Origin: Octopus vulgaris
Lineage: Eukaryota
Reading direction: 5' to 3'
DNA length: 64,000 nucleotides
Assembly (NCBI GenBank): GCA_951406725.2
Contig: OX597839.1
Coordinates: forward strand, 20,956,001 to 21,020,000
Below are positions 50,461 through 63,800 of the stretch, piece after piece. The notes beneath the pieces are model-generated. The model searched no databases and was not told the origin of the DNA. It saw nothing but the letters and a program-made list of their open reading frames with translations. Position 1 is the stretch's first letter. The number at the start of each line of letters is the position of its first letter. The translations under genes and the position numbers were made by a program.

Positions 50461-50837
50461 TAATGTTTGATCAGAGTTAAGGACGGATGAGAATTAATTC
50501 TGTAATGCAATCATTTGTAAAATTAACGAAGTGAATGTCATTTATCTCCCCCTTGATCTCCGACGTCATCTGACAAATGCCAACCAAGATGGTGTGAATC
50601 AGCCAAGCTTTACTTGCTAGAAATAGCAACCCAAATGCTTTTAAATCAGATCTCAATACTGGATATTCAAGAACCAAATGAAGGACAGATTTTCAATCAC
50701 AAGATCATCCTGATTCCAAAAAGGTATAATATGTCTATGTAGAGCAAATGTAGACTAAGATACAGAGATCCCAGACAGACAGAATTTCGCATTTATTATT
50801 ATAGAAGGAAGGAGGCACATTGCCTAGTGGTTAGAGC

Positions 50838-50975
50838 AGATAGACAGACAGACAGATAGATAGATAGACAGATAGATAGAAAGATAGACAGATAGATAAA
50901 TAGAAAGATAGACAGATAGATAAATAGACAGATAGATAGAAAGATAGACAGATAGACAGATAGATAGACAGATAA

Positions 50976-51044
<69 letters not shown>

Positions 51045-51100
51045 GACAGACAGACAGATAGATAGATGAATAGACAGATATATATAGATAGATAGACAAA
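50838..51100. repeat. (GATA)/(GACA) tetranucleotide repeat
   Basis: Direct inspection. Confidence 0.95.
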
Positions 51101-51803
51101 ACATCCAGATAGACGATACAAAAAAACAAAGACGGGTCATTCGGAGTTTTCTTTCTTCAGTCGAGTTCCAAATTTCTCTGCAATTTCGGCTGGTTATACT
51201 CGAGATTGCTCCAATCTGGCCAGCCCCAAGAAAAAACTAAGCTAAGAGCATTAGATTCCTTGAAAGAAAGCAGCGAATGTACACGAAAACAAGGACGGAA
51301 AAAAAGGAGAAATGGTACACATATACAAATGAAGGACATTAACAACAGGTGCCTTCCGACTAAGGACGAATTAAATTAAGCTGGCGTGTGTGGAAGTGAA
51401 ACTTTGCGGCGGGGACATAAGAGATGACAGGCATAGGGAGGTATATAGATGGTGCACGGATGGTAGTCGAACCAAGAAAGGTCAGGCTTGGTCGAACACC
51501 GGTCACGAGGAGAGAGAAGAGAGAGAGGTAGAGACAGAGGGAAAGAAGAATTAGGGAGGGACGAGAAAAAAAGAAAAAGGATTAGAGTGAAGTGAAAGAG
51601 GAGGGAAGGTGAGAATGAAGAGAAAGGCAGGAAATGCGAGAGGGGGGGAACGAAAGAAAGAAGAGGGGAAAGAACGAAGTGTGAAGAGGCTGGGGTATGT
51701 GTGGGTGTATTGTGTTGTTTACCCATGTGCGTTTCATCATGACTTTCCACTTTTCCGTCCCTTTGCTTCCTTTCTTTCTCCTCTTCTCTGGACTTTTCTC
51801 AGC

Positions 51804-51838
51804 GTGTCCGACGAAGGACTTTATCCGAAACGTTATAC
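51804..51838 (+). ncRNA. Minimal hammerhead-like motif
   Basis: GTGT-CCGACGA-A-GGA cttta TCC-GAA-ACGT-T-ATAC. Confidence 0.5.
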
Positions 51839-52819
51839 TCTAACTTTATAGCTTTTACTCAATAGCTTTCACTTTTTGCCTCCTTTGAGCATCACCCTAA
51901 TGATATTAACAGGAGACAACCCTTGGACTTCAGTTGTCATTTATATATGACGAGCACTATGACCCGGTGTTGCCAGGTCATAGTGCTAGTGCATGCATAT
52001 ACAGCTGCATGCGTGCGCACATACACGTGAGTACTGTCCAAATCTCCGACCAATCACATACAGCCAGCTGGCATTCAATTGGCGTATCAAGTTTCGGGCA
52101 TTTTGATTGGGTTTTGGAAAGAAAATTCACAAAAAAAGTCGCTTCTATTGATTTTTTAATGGCTTTGCAGGGTGACTGGGGAAATGTAAAGATGTGCACG
52201 ACCACCCTTGGATGGTTTTGAATGACCATAGAAAGTGCGAGCCCTCTAACTGAAAAATTGTGGATTTGTATAAAGGACACACACACACACAGACATTTTG
52301 CCATTTATATATATAGATTTTATTTATGTTTCTGGCAGTCTGTGTATGAACCTGAGAGAGAATGGAGGAAGAAGAGAGAATGGAGGAAGACAGTGAGAAA
52401 GAAGTAGAGATATATAGTGTTACGTTCCGGCTAAGGTGTTTGAATGTGTGAATAGATACGAGAGAGAGATATAGACAGTGTTAAGTTCCATGTAAATTGT
52501 CTGACTGTCAGACGACACAATGGAAGAGAAAGAGAGAGAGAGGGGCAGCGTTGTGTACAATGTCAGCTGTCTGTCGGACTGTACGTGTGTGTGTGTGAGT
52601 GTATGACCAGATGTCTACATGTCAATGTGATTGATAGGCGCGGTGATATGCATACACATGTACATATGTTCGTACATATATACATATATGTATGTGTATA
52701 TGTACTTAAATATTCATGTACGTATGTATACATGTATGTTTATCTGTACATGTATATTTCTAAGTATATATGTATGCCTGTATGTATATATGTGTGCAAG
52801 TTAGTATGTGTATATGTAA

Positions 52820-52860
<41 letters not shown>

Positions 52861-53407
52861 TATATTGTATGTATGTATGTTCTTGTGTATGTATGTATGT
52901 TCTTGTGTATGCATGCATGTATATATGTATGTATGTGTGTATGTTTGTATGTAGGTATAAATTTGTATGTAAATATCTTTATACGTGTGTATATACGTAC
53001 GTATGTATGTTTGCGTATAAATACAATGTACATTTAAACACACAAGAGGTATCCGTCATAGGATTCCTTGCACGCTAGAAGGAACAGCCAAAATCCAAAC
53101 CACTATGCATGTGTATATGTATATAAATATTCATGTACGTATGTATACATGTATGTTTATCTGTACATGTATATTTGTAAGTATATATGTATGCCTGTAT
53201 GTATATATGTGTGCAAGTTAGTATGTGTATATGTAAGTATGTATATATATATATATATGCATATATTAGTATATGTATGTTTGTTTATATGTATTTGTGC
53301 ATGCCTATGCATCAGTGTGTATACATATATGTGTGTGTGTGTCCGTGTTTGTGCATTCATATATATATATATATATACACATACACAAATATGTATATAT
53401 AGTCATA

Positions 53408-53792
53408 TCTCTCTCTATATAAACGGCAGTTTGTCTGTGCGTGTTTCTGTGTGTCTGTTTGCTTGTACCCTCACTCTGACCACGGCTTTCAACTGATTCT
53501 GATGAAACTTGACACACACATAGCCCAATGTCATAATTCAAAACTAACGCAGCGAAAATTTTGAAAAGTTCCCCCAGTTCTGAAAAAAATCGATAAATTC
53601 GACATGGGGTCGAGAATCAAAAAAATAAACCACAGACTGTCTAGGGGACGCAACTCAACCTTTTTTTACTCTCAAAAAAAAATTTACCATCATTTTTTTC
53701 TATTTTTTTGCTATTTTTTGGCTATAACTCTCTAAAAATGCTTTATAGTTATTTCCCTTACAAACCTGAGCAACGCCGGGCGATACTGCTAG
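53408..53792 (+). mobile_element. Non-autonomous Helitron-like element
   Basis: A|TC...CCTGAGCAACGCCGGGCGATACTGCTAG|T: TC start, subterminal hairpin, CTAG end, AT target, no TSD. Confidence 0.8.
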
Positions 53793-54034
53793 TGTATGTA
53801 TAAATGTGTGAGGTTGGATACACACACACACACACATATGTACGTATGCTTATATGCACACATACACCCTTTCACATAGTACCTAATGTCGGACATACTT
53901 TGGAGAGGGGGAGGCGAAAATGGATAAGGGTCAGGGGAGGGAGAAGCAGCGGGGTGGGGGGGCCCGGAGAATAAAGAACAAAATTTGATAGAAAAACAAA
54001 CAAAAAGAAAACCAGAGAATACAACATGGTGTCT

Positions 54035-54935
54035 GTATGACGAGGGTGATGGTGATGATGGGGAGGAGGAGGAGGAGGAGGAGGAGTAGGAGAAAGAGTA
54101 AAAGGATGAGGAGATGGAAGACGAGGATGAGGAGGGTGATGGTGATGATGGTGAGGAGGAAGGTTAGAAGGATGGAGATGATGACGAGGAGGAGGTGGAG
54201 GAGGAGGATGGTGGTGGTGATGACGATGAGGAGGAGGAGGAGAAAGAGGAGGAGAAAGAGTAAAAGGATGAGGAGATGGAAGACGAGGATGAGGAGGGTG
54301 ATGGTGGTGAGGAGGAAGGTTAGAAGGATGGAGATGATGACGAGGAGGAGGTGGAGGAGGAGGATGGTGGTGGTGATGACGAGGAGGAGGAGGAGAAAGA
54401 GTAAAAGGATGAGGAGATGGAAGACGAGGATGAGGAGGGCGATGGTGATGATGGTGAGGAGGGGGAAGGTTAGAAGGATGGAGATGATGACGAGGAGGAG
54501 GATGGTGGTGGTGGTGATGACGATGAGGAGGAGGAGGAGGAGAAAGAGAGTAACGATGGAGATAGTGATGAGGAGGATGGTGAATGGTGAGGCGATGGAG
54601 AAAGGTTAGAAGGATGGAGATGACGATGAAGAGGAGGATGGTGATGATGGGGAATGAAAGGAAGAAGATGGGGATGATGATGATGGTGAGGAGAATGAGG
54701 AGGAGGAGGAAAGAGAAGAAAATGAGGAAGAGAAGGGTGCTGATGATGCTGGAAACACGAGCAATGATAATGGTTGAGATGATGATGATGATGATGATGA
54801 TGACGATGATGATGATGATGATGATGACGATGATGATGATGATGATGATGACGATGATGATGATGACGATGATGACGATGATGATGATGATGATGATGAC
54901 GATGATGATGATGACGATGATGACGATGATGAAGA
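54035..54935. repeat. Purine-rich compound minisatellite followed by (GAT/GAC)n
   Basis: Repeated GGAGAAAAGAGTAAAAGGATGAGGAGATGGAAGACGAGGATG...GGTTAGAAGGATGGAGATG blocks. Confidence 0.93.
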
Positions 54936-54984
54936 AGGAGTGTAGAAGACAAAATGAAGAAAATTTCAATGACTGAAAGAGACT

Positions 54985-55806
54985 CCCAAATATTAATATT
55001 TTATTATCACGTCCTTATCCCCTTCCTCAAAAAATCCTTCCTTTCCCCCCTCGCCCACCTCACTAGAATATCCTAAATTTTTATTGTTTTTTTTCTTTTT
55101 CATATTTTTTTGTGTTCCTTATTTTTTGAAAAAAGATAGTTTTTATCTAAAATATGCTGCTGTCAATGGTGGCGAGGAGGGGGGCAGATGGTGGTTGCAC
55201 TGGTGTGGTGTGTTGGTTTTGGTGATGAGGGAGGCCTCGTCGGCGGTGATGAAGGCGATGACCATGATGATGGTGGTGGTGGCGGTGATGACAGTAACGG
55301 TGGTGGTGGTGGTGATGGTGACGTGGTGATGATGGCGATGATGATGATGATGATGGCGGTGGCTGCGGTGATGGTGATTGCTGATGGTGGTGGTGTGTTG
55401 GTTCGGGGTGATGACGAAGACGTCAACGGCAGAGATGCTGGAAGTGATGATGATGGTGGTGATGGTAAGCAGTGGAACCCACCCACCCGCTTCGTTGTTG
55501 CTGCTGTTGTTGTTGTTACTGTTATGGTAATAATCTAGATTAAGAATAAAATACTCCTATAAATCACCTTACAATGGTTAAAGCAGCTCCCTCCCCCCAC
55601 TCTCCCCCTTACACTCCTCCTCCTCCTCTTCTCTCTCTCTCACTCTCTTTCCCCCTCCCAGAATAATGGTACAATCTTTTAATTGCTGGACACCAAATAA
55701 ATTCTAGAATTATCCAGGACCCGCCACCCCATCCCCACCCCCAACCAAAAGACACGTGGTGTTTCTAAGATTACAGCCCCGTCATCGTCATCGTACATGT
55801 GTGGAG
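54985..55806 (-). repeat. Right copy of the long-range inverted non-coding module
   Basis: Reverse complement of the islands at 388-1290, in the same order. Confidence 0.9.
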
Positions 55807-56150
55807 ATAAGGCTTTTCAAGAACGGGCAAAGCGGGGGGGGGGGGAAACTAGGGACCGCTTCCTTCCTTCTTTTCTTTCTTCTGTTTTTTCCCCCTCTTT
55901 ATTCATTTGACTTGTTTGTCATTTCACAGCGGCCATACTAGAGCACCACTTTAAGGGAGATTTTTCTTCTTTTTTTTTTTTCAGTCGGAAAAAAATCGCT
56001 CCCCAGGACTTTCCTTTGTGAGCCTAGTACTTATTCTATCAAGTCAGTTTTGCCGAACTCCATCAGTTACGGGAATGTAAACACACCAACATCGTTTGCT
56101 AAGTGGTGATGAGTTGGGAGACAAACACACATATACATTATATATATATA

Positions 56151-56660
56151 CTAGCAGTATCGCCCGGCGTTGCTCGGGTTTGTAAGGGAAATAACTATAT
56201 AAGCATTTTTAGAGAGTTACTTCCCTTATAGATGCCAATTCGGGCTTTCTTAGCCATTTCTGTTTTGGTGTCTTCAAGCCATGAAGTCGTTGTTCTAAAA
56301 GAACGCTAGTCTCCTTGACAACGCTTTACGACGTTGATTTCCTTACACTCCCTTCCCCACAGCTTCACGAGGGAGGGAAGAAGGGGAGAAGCAAACAGGT
56401 GCAGGTGTTTGACCATGGACGCCAACTCCGCCGCCATCGACACACGAAAAATTATGCATTAAAATGGAATAAAAAATGTTAAATTATTTTTAAAATCGTA
56501 GACTCATCGTAGACGCGCGCTAATACTCAGACGGGCTCGATATGAATCACGACTATAAGATACCTGAATTTGGTTAAACTGCACCGCAAAATGTGGGAGT
56601 AGTTAGGAATCTAAATCGAAGGGGACAGACACTCACACAACTACAGTTTTATATATATAT
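56151..56660 (-). mobile_element. Non-autonomous Helitron-like element, second internal type
   Basis: Reverse complement of 63287-63800. Confidence 0.8.
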
Positions 56661-56918
56661 AGATATATATATATATATACACGACGGGCTTCTTTCAGTT
56701 TCCGTCTATCGAATCCACTCACAAGGCTTTGGTCGGCCTGAGGCTATAGTAGAAGACAACAGGAAGAAACAACAACGCGAGAACGTGGTACATGCAAAGT
56801 ATATAATTATATATAAAGTTAATCCAAACATGAAAACACCAAGAGAAAACACAACAACGCGAGGACGTGGAACAAATATAGTATTATTGGACACTCAGGA
56901 AGGAAGGGAAGAAGGAGG

Positions 56919-56953
56919 GTTTTACGTTTCGAGCTGAGCTCTTCGTCGGAAAC
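56919..56953 (-). ncRNA. Minimal hammerhead-like motif, same family as 17473
   Basis: Minus strand: GTTT-CCGACGA-A-GAGC tca GCTC-GAA-ACGT-A-AAAC; the flanks are homologous to the region around 17450-17610. Confidence 0.55.
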
Positions 56954-58009
56954 ATAGGAAAAGGAAAGATCCAGAGAAGGGAAGACGGAGGGGAAAAAAT
57001 CGCTAACGGTTCACACAGGACAACGAGGGTCCCAGCTGATACGATCAACGGAACAGCCTGCTCGTGAAATTAACGTGCAAATGGCTGAGCACTCCACAGA
57101 CACGCGTACCCCTAACGTAGTTCTCAGGGAGATTCAGCGTGACACAGAGTGTGACAAGGCTTGCTCTTTGAAATACAGATACTACTCATTTTTGCCAGCT
57201 GAGTGGACTGGAGCAACATGAAATAAAGTGTCTTGCTCAAGGACACAACGCGTCGCCAGGAATCGAACTCACGACCTTTACATTCGTGATTCAGTTGAAT
57301 TAGGTATTTGAATTGAGGCATCTTGCCGGTTCGGTATAGCCTGCACAACGCAACAATATTCTTTGAATATTGATTATCAAGATTCCGTGTAAGGGAGTTT
57401 GTACTTAATATTCCTGTCTTGTGTGCAGACAACGCAACCCAGCTAAGTGAAGATATCGTCTCTTGGTAATTCAGACATGTACTTTTTATATAAAGGTCTT
57501 TCTATAGCATTTCCAAAGTGCAGATTCCAAGTCAGGTGAACAGATTGTGAAACACCTGTACATGTTTGTTACTTATCTACATTCCACACACATATATATA
57601 TACTCTTTTACTTGTTTCAGTCATTTGACTGCGGCCATGCTGGAGCACCGCCTTTAATCGAGCAACTCGACCCCGGGACTTATTCTTTTGTAAGCCCAGT
57701 ACTTATTCTATCGGTCTCTCTTTTTGCCGAACCGCTAAGTAACGGGGACATAAACACACCAGCATCGGTTGTCAAGCAATGCTAGGGGAACAAACAGACA
57801 CACAAACACACACACATACACACATATATATATATATACATATATACGAAGGGCTTCTTTCAGTTTCCGTCTACCAAATCCACTCACAAGGCATTAGTCG
57901 GCCCGGGGCTATAGCAGAAGACACTTGCCCAAGATGCCACGCAGTGGGACTGAACACTGAACCATGTGGTTGGTTAGCAAGCTACTTACCACACAGCCAC
58001 TCCTGCGCC

Positions 58010-58063
<54 letters not shown>

Positions 58064-58859
58064 GTCAAAACTTTTTACACAGGAACTTGGTTCGATTTGA
58101 AAACGCCACTAGAATGGGAGAAAGTGTTAATACATGATCTAAGTTATATGATGTATAAAAAGATGTAATATGCAAATAAATATCTGTAATTATAAAACCA
58201 TCCGAATTTCTGAGTACCTCATTTCTTCTAATATAAAATACCTGTACATCATCTCCAAACCTTTCAATATATATATATATATATATGTAGGTACTGTAAG
58301 TTTAGAGTGAATATTTGATAAGTGTAAGCACCTGTATATGGGGTAGAAAGGGCTCCTTAGCCGTAGTGAAGGCAATCTATCTAGGGAGATAACCTTACAA
58401 TACATCACTGGGTCCGTAGCTTAGAAATACTGGGTTGACGTCCAGCGGGAACAGCTTTGTTTCATAGAGGAGGAAAGATCTTCTTTAGTGCTTGGTTGTA
58501 CAATGCTTTCCAATGTGTGTAGTAGTGGCGCGCGCACACATTATTAGCCATTTGAAAAGACTATGAAAGTCTCGACCACGGTCGAACAATGATGATGATG
58601 TATATGCCAGATAGTGGCAGAGGTGAGATAATATATCAAGTATAAATTAAAAACAGAACACAAAGGATATCGCGGAACAATGCAAGAAGGTGCAAAGCAA
58701 ACTACAAAGGGAAACGAAAACAAAATTGCAGTTTTACCTTGTGTTTCTATATTTCTGAGTGAAGACCTCGTACTTCAGGAATTTTGGCGAAAGCAATAGT
58801 TGAAAAAGGTCGTTGCTCAGATGTGTGTGGAGGAAGGAGGAAGGTGGCATGCGCAGACA

Positions 58860-59680
58860 GGGGTTGCTATAGCAACACCATTCTGCACCGTGTTGTTCCT
58901 TCCTGTTGTTCATGGCTGGTCATAATTCTGAGATTTCTCTTGTTGCATTGGGTTGCCCCGACGGAAACTTTAAAATTCTGGGTTTGGCATTTCCTAAGGT
59001 GTTTGCTTAACGAAGTGTCTGTGCGTGGATGTCCCTTTATATGGACAAGCAATTTCCTGGTGGTGCTCCCTATGTAGGATTGCCCACATTCACAGCAGAC
59101 GGATCTTTTCGGTTTGACCGGCAGTTTTTAACATAATTTCTAGGTAACTAAAAAATTTTAAACTTCGTATACTGGTAGAATGTGTTTATAAAACATCTTT
59201 CTCTCTTGGCTTTATTGAGAAAATTCTATAGTTTGTAAGATATTTGTTGTTTTTTTCTTCAATTTCTGCAATTTCAACCAATCAATGACGTCTATTGAGG
59301 TAAAAAAACATTCTGTGCTGTATTAATATGTCCCTCGTTTAAGCAACAGATTGGATTTATTTACATTTGTGAAGAAAAAAAGATACCCTAACCCTAAAAC
59401 AGATTGAAATGCAATAGATCGATACTAGGGTCATAATTATGGGTGACAATTTCATATGACACCGCTAGGAAAAACTGCCGTTCAAACCGAAAAGGTCCCC
59501 GCAGACTACTTCGTAAACCGCATAAGCCCTTGAGCATGTTTTGATTGGGCAGTTGGTGAATGTGTACCCGACAGCGCACTCTGTGGTATTTTTCCTCGAC
59601 AGAACTTTCTTCAGAGGTAGACCGGTGTGCGCCAACTGTATGTAGAGTCCCTCCCTGCAAATCGCTCAATGAATAGCTGT
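58860..59680 (-). pseudogene. Penelope-like GIY-YIG fragment split by a MITE
   Basis: Minus strand CPIKTCSRAYAVYEVVC | CECGQSYIGSTTRKLLVHIKGH on either side of the insertion. Confidence 0.72.
59101..59498. mobile_element. MITE with GG-starting 28-bp TIRs and an 8-bp TSD (Merlin-like)
   Basis: GGATCTTTTCGGTTTGACCGGCAGTTTT / AAAACTGCCGTTCAAACCGAAAAGGTCC; flanks CAGCAGAC and CCGCAGAC. Confidence 0.78.
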
Positions 59681-60589
59681 AGTTGGTGACACTCCATCGG
59701 TTGCGACGACGAGGTTTCCAGTCGATCCAATCAACGGAACAGCCATGCCCGTGTAATTAACGTGCAAGTGGCTGAGCACTCCACAGACACGTCGTGTACC
59801 CTTAACGTAGTTCTCTGGCAGATTCAGCATGGCACATAGTGTGACGAGGCTGGTCCTTTAAAATACAAGTAGAACAGAAACAGGAAGAAAGAGTAAGAGA
59901 AAGTTGTAGTGAAAGAGTACAGCAGGGTTTGCTACCACAACGCCGGGTCTGAGAATCGAAACCACGATCCTACGTGCCCTAACCACTGGGGTATTGCGCC
60001 TCCGCTGTTGTTATTCTGTTGTTATCCTCCATCCGATTGCGCTCAAATTTGATATGTAGATACCGACGGTATCAGGGCGTGTATAAGTTTTCGAAAAGTT
60101 TTCACCATTCTCGACACAATCAAGTTCTTGTGCAACTGAGACCCGAGTGTCTATTTGGTCAGCTGAAGGCAATATAGGCGCAGGAGTGGCTGTGTGGTAA
60201 GTAGCTTGTCTACCAACCACATGGCTCCGGGTTCAGTCCCACTGCATAGCACCTTGGGCAAGTGTCTTCTACTATAGCCTCGGGCCGACCAAAGCCTTGT
60301 GAGTGGATTTGGTAGACGGAAACTGAAAGAAGCCCGTCGTATATATATATATATGTATATGCGTGTGTGTGTTTGTGTGTCTGTATTTGTCCCCTAGCAT
60401 TGCTTGACAACCGATGCTGGTGTGTTTATGTCCCCGTTACTTAGCGGTTCGGTAAAAGATACCGATAGAATAAGTACTGGGCTTACAAAAGAATAAGTCC
60501 CGATTAAAGGCGGTGCTCCAGCATGGCCGCAGTCAAATGACTGAAACAAGTAAAAGAGTAAAAGAGAGAGAGTAAGACACGTGTCTCTA

Positions 60590-60850
60590 CCCAAATCTTC
60601 AGTGATAATGGACTGAACTGAACCGTAACAAATCTGCACATCCTCTGATAACTCTCGGATGGCGATTCAACGATTTTCCCTCACAGCTGCACGCACATCC
60701 AGTCTTGATGATTGCGATTCTCCAAGAACTTTCGTCACTATCGACATGTTTTCGGCCATCTTGGAAACGTTTGAACCACTCGTACACTTGTGTGCGACTT
60801 GTCGATGATGATCTTTCTCTATATCAGTTGAGACTCAATTTATATACGAA
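60590..60850 (-). pseudogene. Mariner transposase N-terminal HTH fragment
   Basis: VYEWFKRFQDGRKHVDSDESS resembles the mariner motif WFxRFxxGxxxxxDxxRSGRP. Confidence 0.75.
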
Positions 60851-61102
60851 TGCGTTCAATAGTAGATACATTTTATTGATGATGCGCAATGACACAGAGA
60901 TTCGGATTTAGCCACACTACCACCAGTACTAGACGCTTCTCGTCTGCTACTGATGCACTTTTGTACTTTTTTAACTCTATACCTCCATATGCGATGCTTT
61001 CTCAAGACACAAACTGCAGTTTTTCTGGCTTTCTACATCAAATCCATGTTAAGTACGTTATAGAGAATGCTATTCTGAACCAGTTCTGCTTCCTTCACTA
61101 AT

Positions 61103-61173
<71 letters not shown>

Positions 61174-62373
61174 AGAAAATCAGCTAGTTAGAAAATCCCT
61201 AAGAGATGAAAGCAGTACAGTAACCCCCTCACCATATCGCGGTTTATTATTCAAGCTTACGTTAATTCCTCCGTGATGTTTTGCGTTTATAATAAAATAT
61301 ACTCATTACTCTCTTTTACTCTTTTACTCGTTTCAGTCATTTGACTGTGGCCATGCTGGAGCACCGCCTTTTTTAGTCGAGCAAATCGACCCCAGGACTT
61401 ATTCTTTGTAAGCCTAGTACTTATTCTATCGGTCACTTTTGCCGAACCGCTAAGTTACGTGGACGTAAACACACCAGTATCGGTTGTCAAGCGATTTTGG
61501 GGGGACAAACACAGACACACATATACATATGTATATACATACATATATACGATGGGCTTCTTTCAGTTTCTGTCTACTGAATCCACTCACAAGGCTTTGG
61601 TCAGCTCAAGGCTATAGTAGAAGACACTTGCCCAAGGTGCCACTCAGTGGGAATGAACCCGTAAAGTAGTGAAGCCATTATTTCGGTCTAGCTAAAAGGC
61701 ATCTGGAAATTGTAAAACTGCTGTCAGAGAAAAACCATTGATCCACCGTGGGAAAAGTTCTGGGAAAAGTTTAAATTTGGCTATAGCGGAACGGATATCG
61801 AATCCACTTCATGCATGCAAGATTCGCTACATATATATATAAAATACAAAATGGGACAAGAACGCAAAACATCCAAATAGGCAATACAAAAACCATGGAC
61901 GGGTCATTCGAAGCCTTTAATCTTCAGTCAAGAACCGCTGATTAATCTTGATTAATCTTGAGATTACTCCAATCTAGCCAGACCCAAGGAAAAACTAAGC
62001 TAAGGGCATTAAATTCCTTGGAAAAAGGATCGAATATATACGAAACAAGGACAGAAAAACGGACGATGTTACACGAATATAAATACAAAAAAACACACAA
62101 TAATATATACATATATATCTAAAATTAATTAAGGGTAAAAATTGATATTAGTCAATTAAAACCAGTGGTCTAGCATATTAAAAAGAATCCGAAGATTAAA
62201 ATATTTATATATACCAATTAAGGACTGAACACGAAAAATGGACAGTCAACATGCTAGATATAGACGTCAAATCGCCATTCTCCACAAAGATTATGTTCTC
62301 AAATAAAATAAAATTCAACGCAAACCAAAGCAATAAATAAGACAAATGAAAATATACGAAATGAAATAATCAC

Positions 62374-62437
62374 CTGTGTACCGAATCAGTTTCAGTTATT
62401 AATATCCGCAAGGATATCTGTAACTTCGTCAGCACAG
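62374..62437 (-). ncRNA. Type I hammerhead ribozyme (complete core)
   Basis: Minus strand reads CTGTG-CTGACGA-AGTTA ca GATATCC ttgc GGATATT aa TAACT-GAA-ACTG att CGGT-A-CACAG: stems I, II and III all pair, canonical CUGANGA/GAAA core, GUA cleavage triplet. Confidence 0.8.
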
Positions 62438-63286
62438 TCTGTTATGAACATAATTTGCTGGACTAGATATATATATATATATATAAATGGAACAAAAACG
62501 CAATAGAGGGCATAAAAAGGCGGACAAGAGAAACAGCAATTAAAAGGACAGGCAAAAAAAGACTGGTCATTCTTGGCCTTCTTTCATCGTTGCCATTGTG
62601 TTAAACTATCGTATGTCCAGATTTGGTCAAATGCGTTTTTTTTTTTCAATACTTATTTGTGTGTGTGTGTGTGTGTGTGTCTCCTCCCATCACGCCACTT
62701 GACAAGCGGTATTGGTGTGTTTACGTCTGTGCAGTTTAGCGGTTCGGCAAAAGTCTCCGATAGGCGTAGGAGTGGCTGTGTGGTAAGTGGCTTGCTTACC
62801 AACCACGTGCTTCCGGGTTCTGTCCCACTGCGTGGCACCTCGAGCAAGTGTCTTCTACAATAGCCTCAGGCCGACCAAAGCCTTGTGAGTGGATTTGGTA
62901 GACGGAAACTGAAAGAAGCCCGTCGTATATATGTATATATATGTGTGTGTGTGTGTGTGTGTATGTTCCTGTGTTTGTCCCCCCCCCCCCCGACATCGCT
63001 TGACAACCGCTGCTGATGTGTTTACGTCCCCGTAACTTAGCGGTACGGCAAAAGAAAACCGATAGAATAAGTACTAGGCTTACAAAGAATAAGTCCTGGG
63101 GTCGATTTGCTCGACTAAAGGCGGTGCTCCAGCATGGCCACAGTCAAATGATTGAAACAAGTAAAGGAGTAAAAGATAGAATAAGCATCAAGCATGACAG
63201 AAAGTGTATCCTGGGATCGATTCATTCTACTAAAAAAAATCTTCTAGACTGTGCCCCAGCATGGCCGCAGTCTAATGACAAACAAA

Positions 63287-63800
63287 TCTATATTTATAAA
63301 ACTGTAGTTGTGTGAGTGTCTGTCCCCTTCGATTTAGATTCCTAACTACTCCCACATTTTGCGGTGCAGTTTAACCAAATTCGGGTATCTTATAGTCGTG
63401 ATTCATATCGAGCCCGTCTGGGTATTAGCGCGCGCCTACGATGAGTCTACGATTTTAAAAATAATTTAACATCATTTTTTTATTCCATTTTAATGCATAA
63501 ATTTTCGTGTGTCGATGGCGGCGGAGTTGGCGTCCATGGTCACACCTGCACCTGTTTGCTTCTCCCCCTTCTTCCCTCCCTCGTGAAGCTGTGGGGAAGG
63601 GAGTGTAAGGAAATCAACGTCGTAATGCGTTGTCAAGGAGACCAGAGTTCTTTTAGAACAACGACTTCATGGTTTGAAGACACCAAAACAGAAATGGCTA
63701 AGAAAGCCCGAATTGGCATCTATAAGGGAAGTAACTCTCTAAAAATGATTATATAGTTATTTCCCTTACAAACCCGAGCAACGCCGGGCGATACTGCTAG
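63287..63800 (+). mobile_element. Non-autonomous Helitron-like element, second internal type
   Basis: A|TCTATA...CCCGAGCAACGCCGGGCGATACTGCTAG|T. Confidence 0.82.

Noticed and set aside
53872-55538. ORFs of 365, 190 and 160 aa (Pro/His, Arg/Met, Asp/Gly rich)
   Set aside because: Trinucleotide-like repeats lacking stops; no coding signature.
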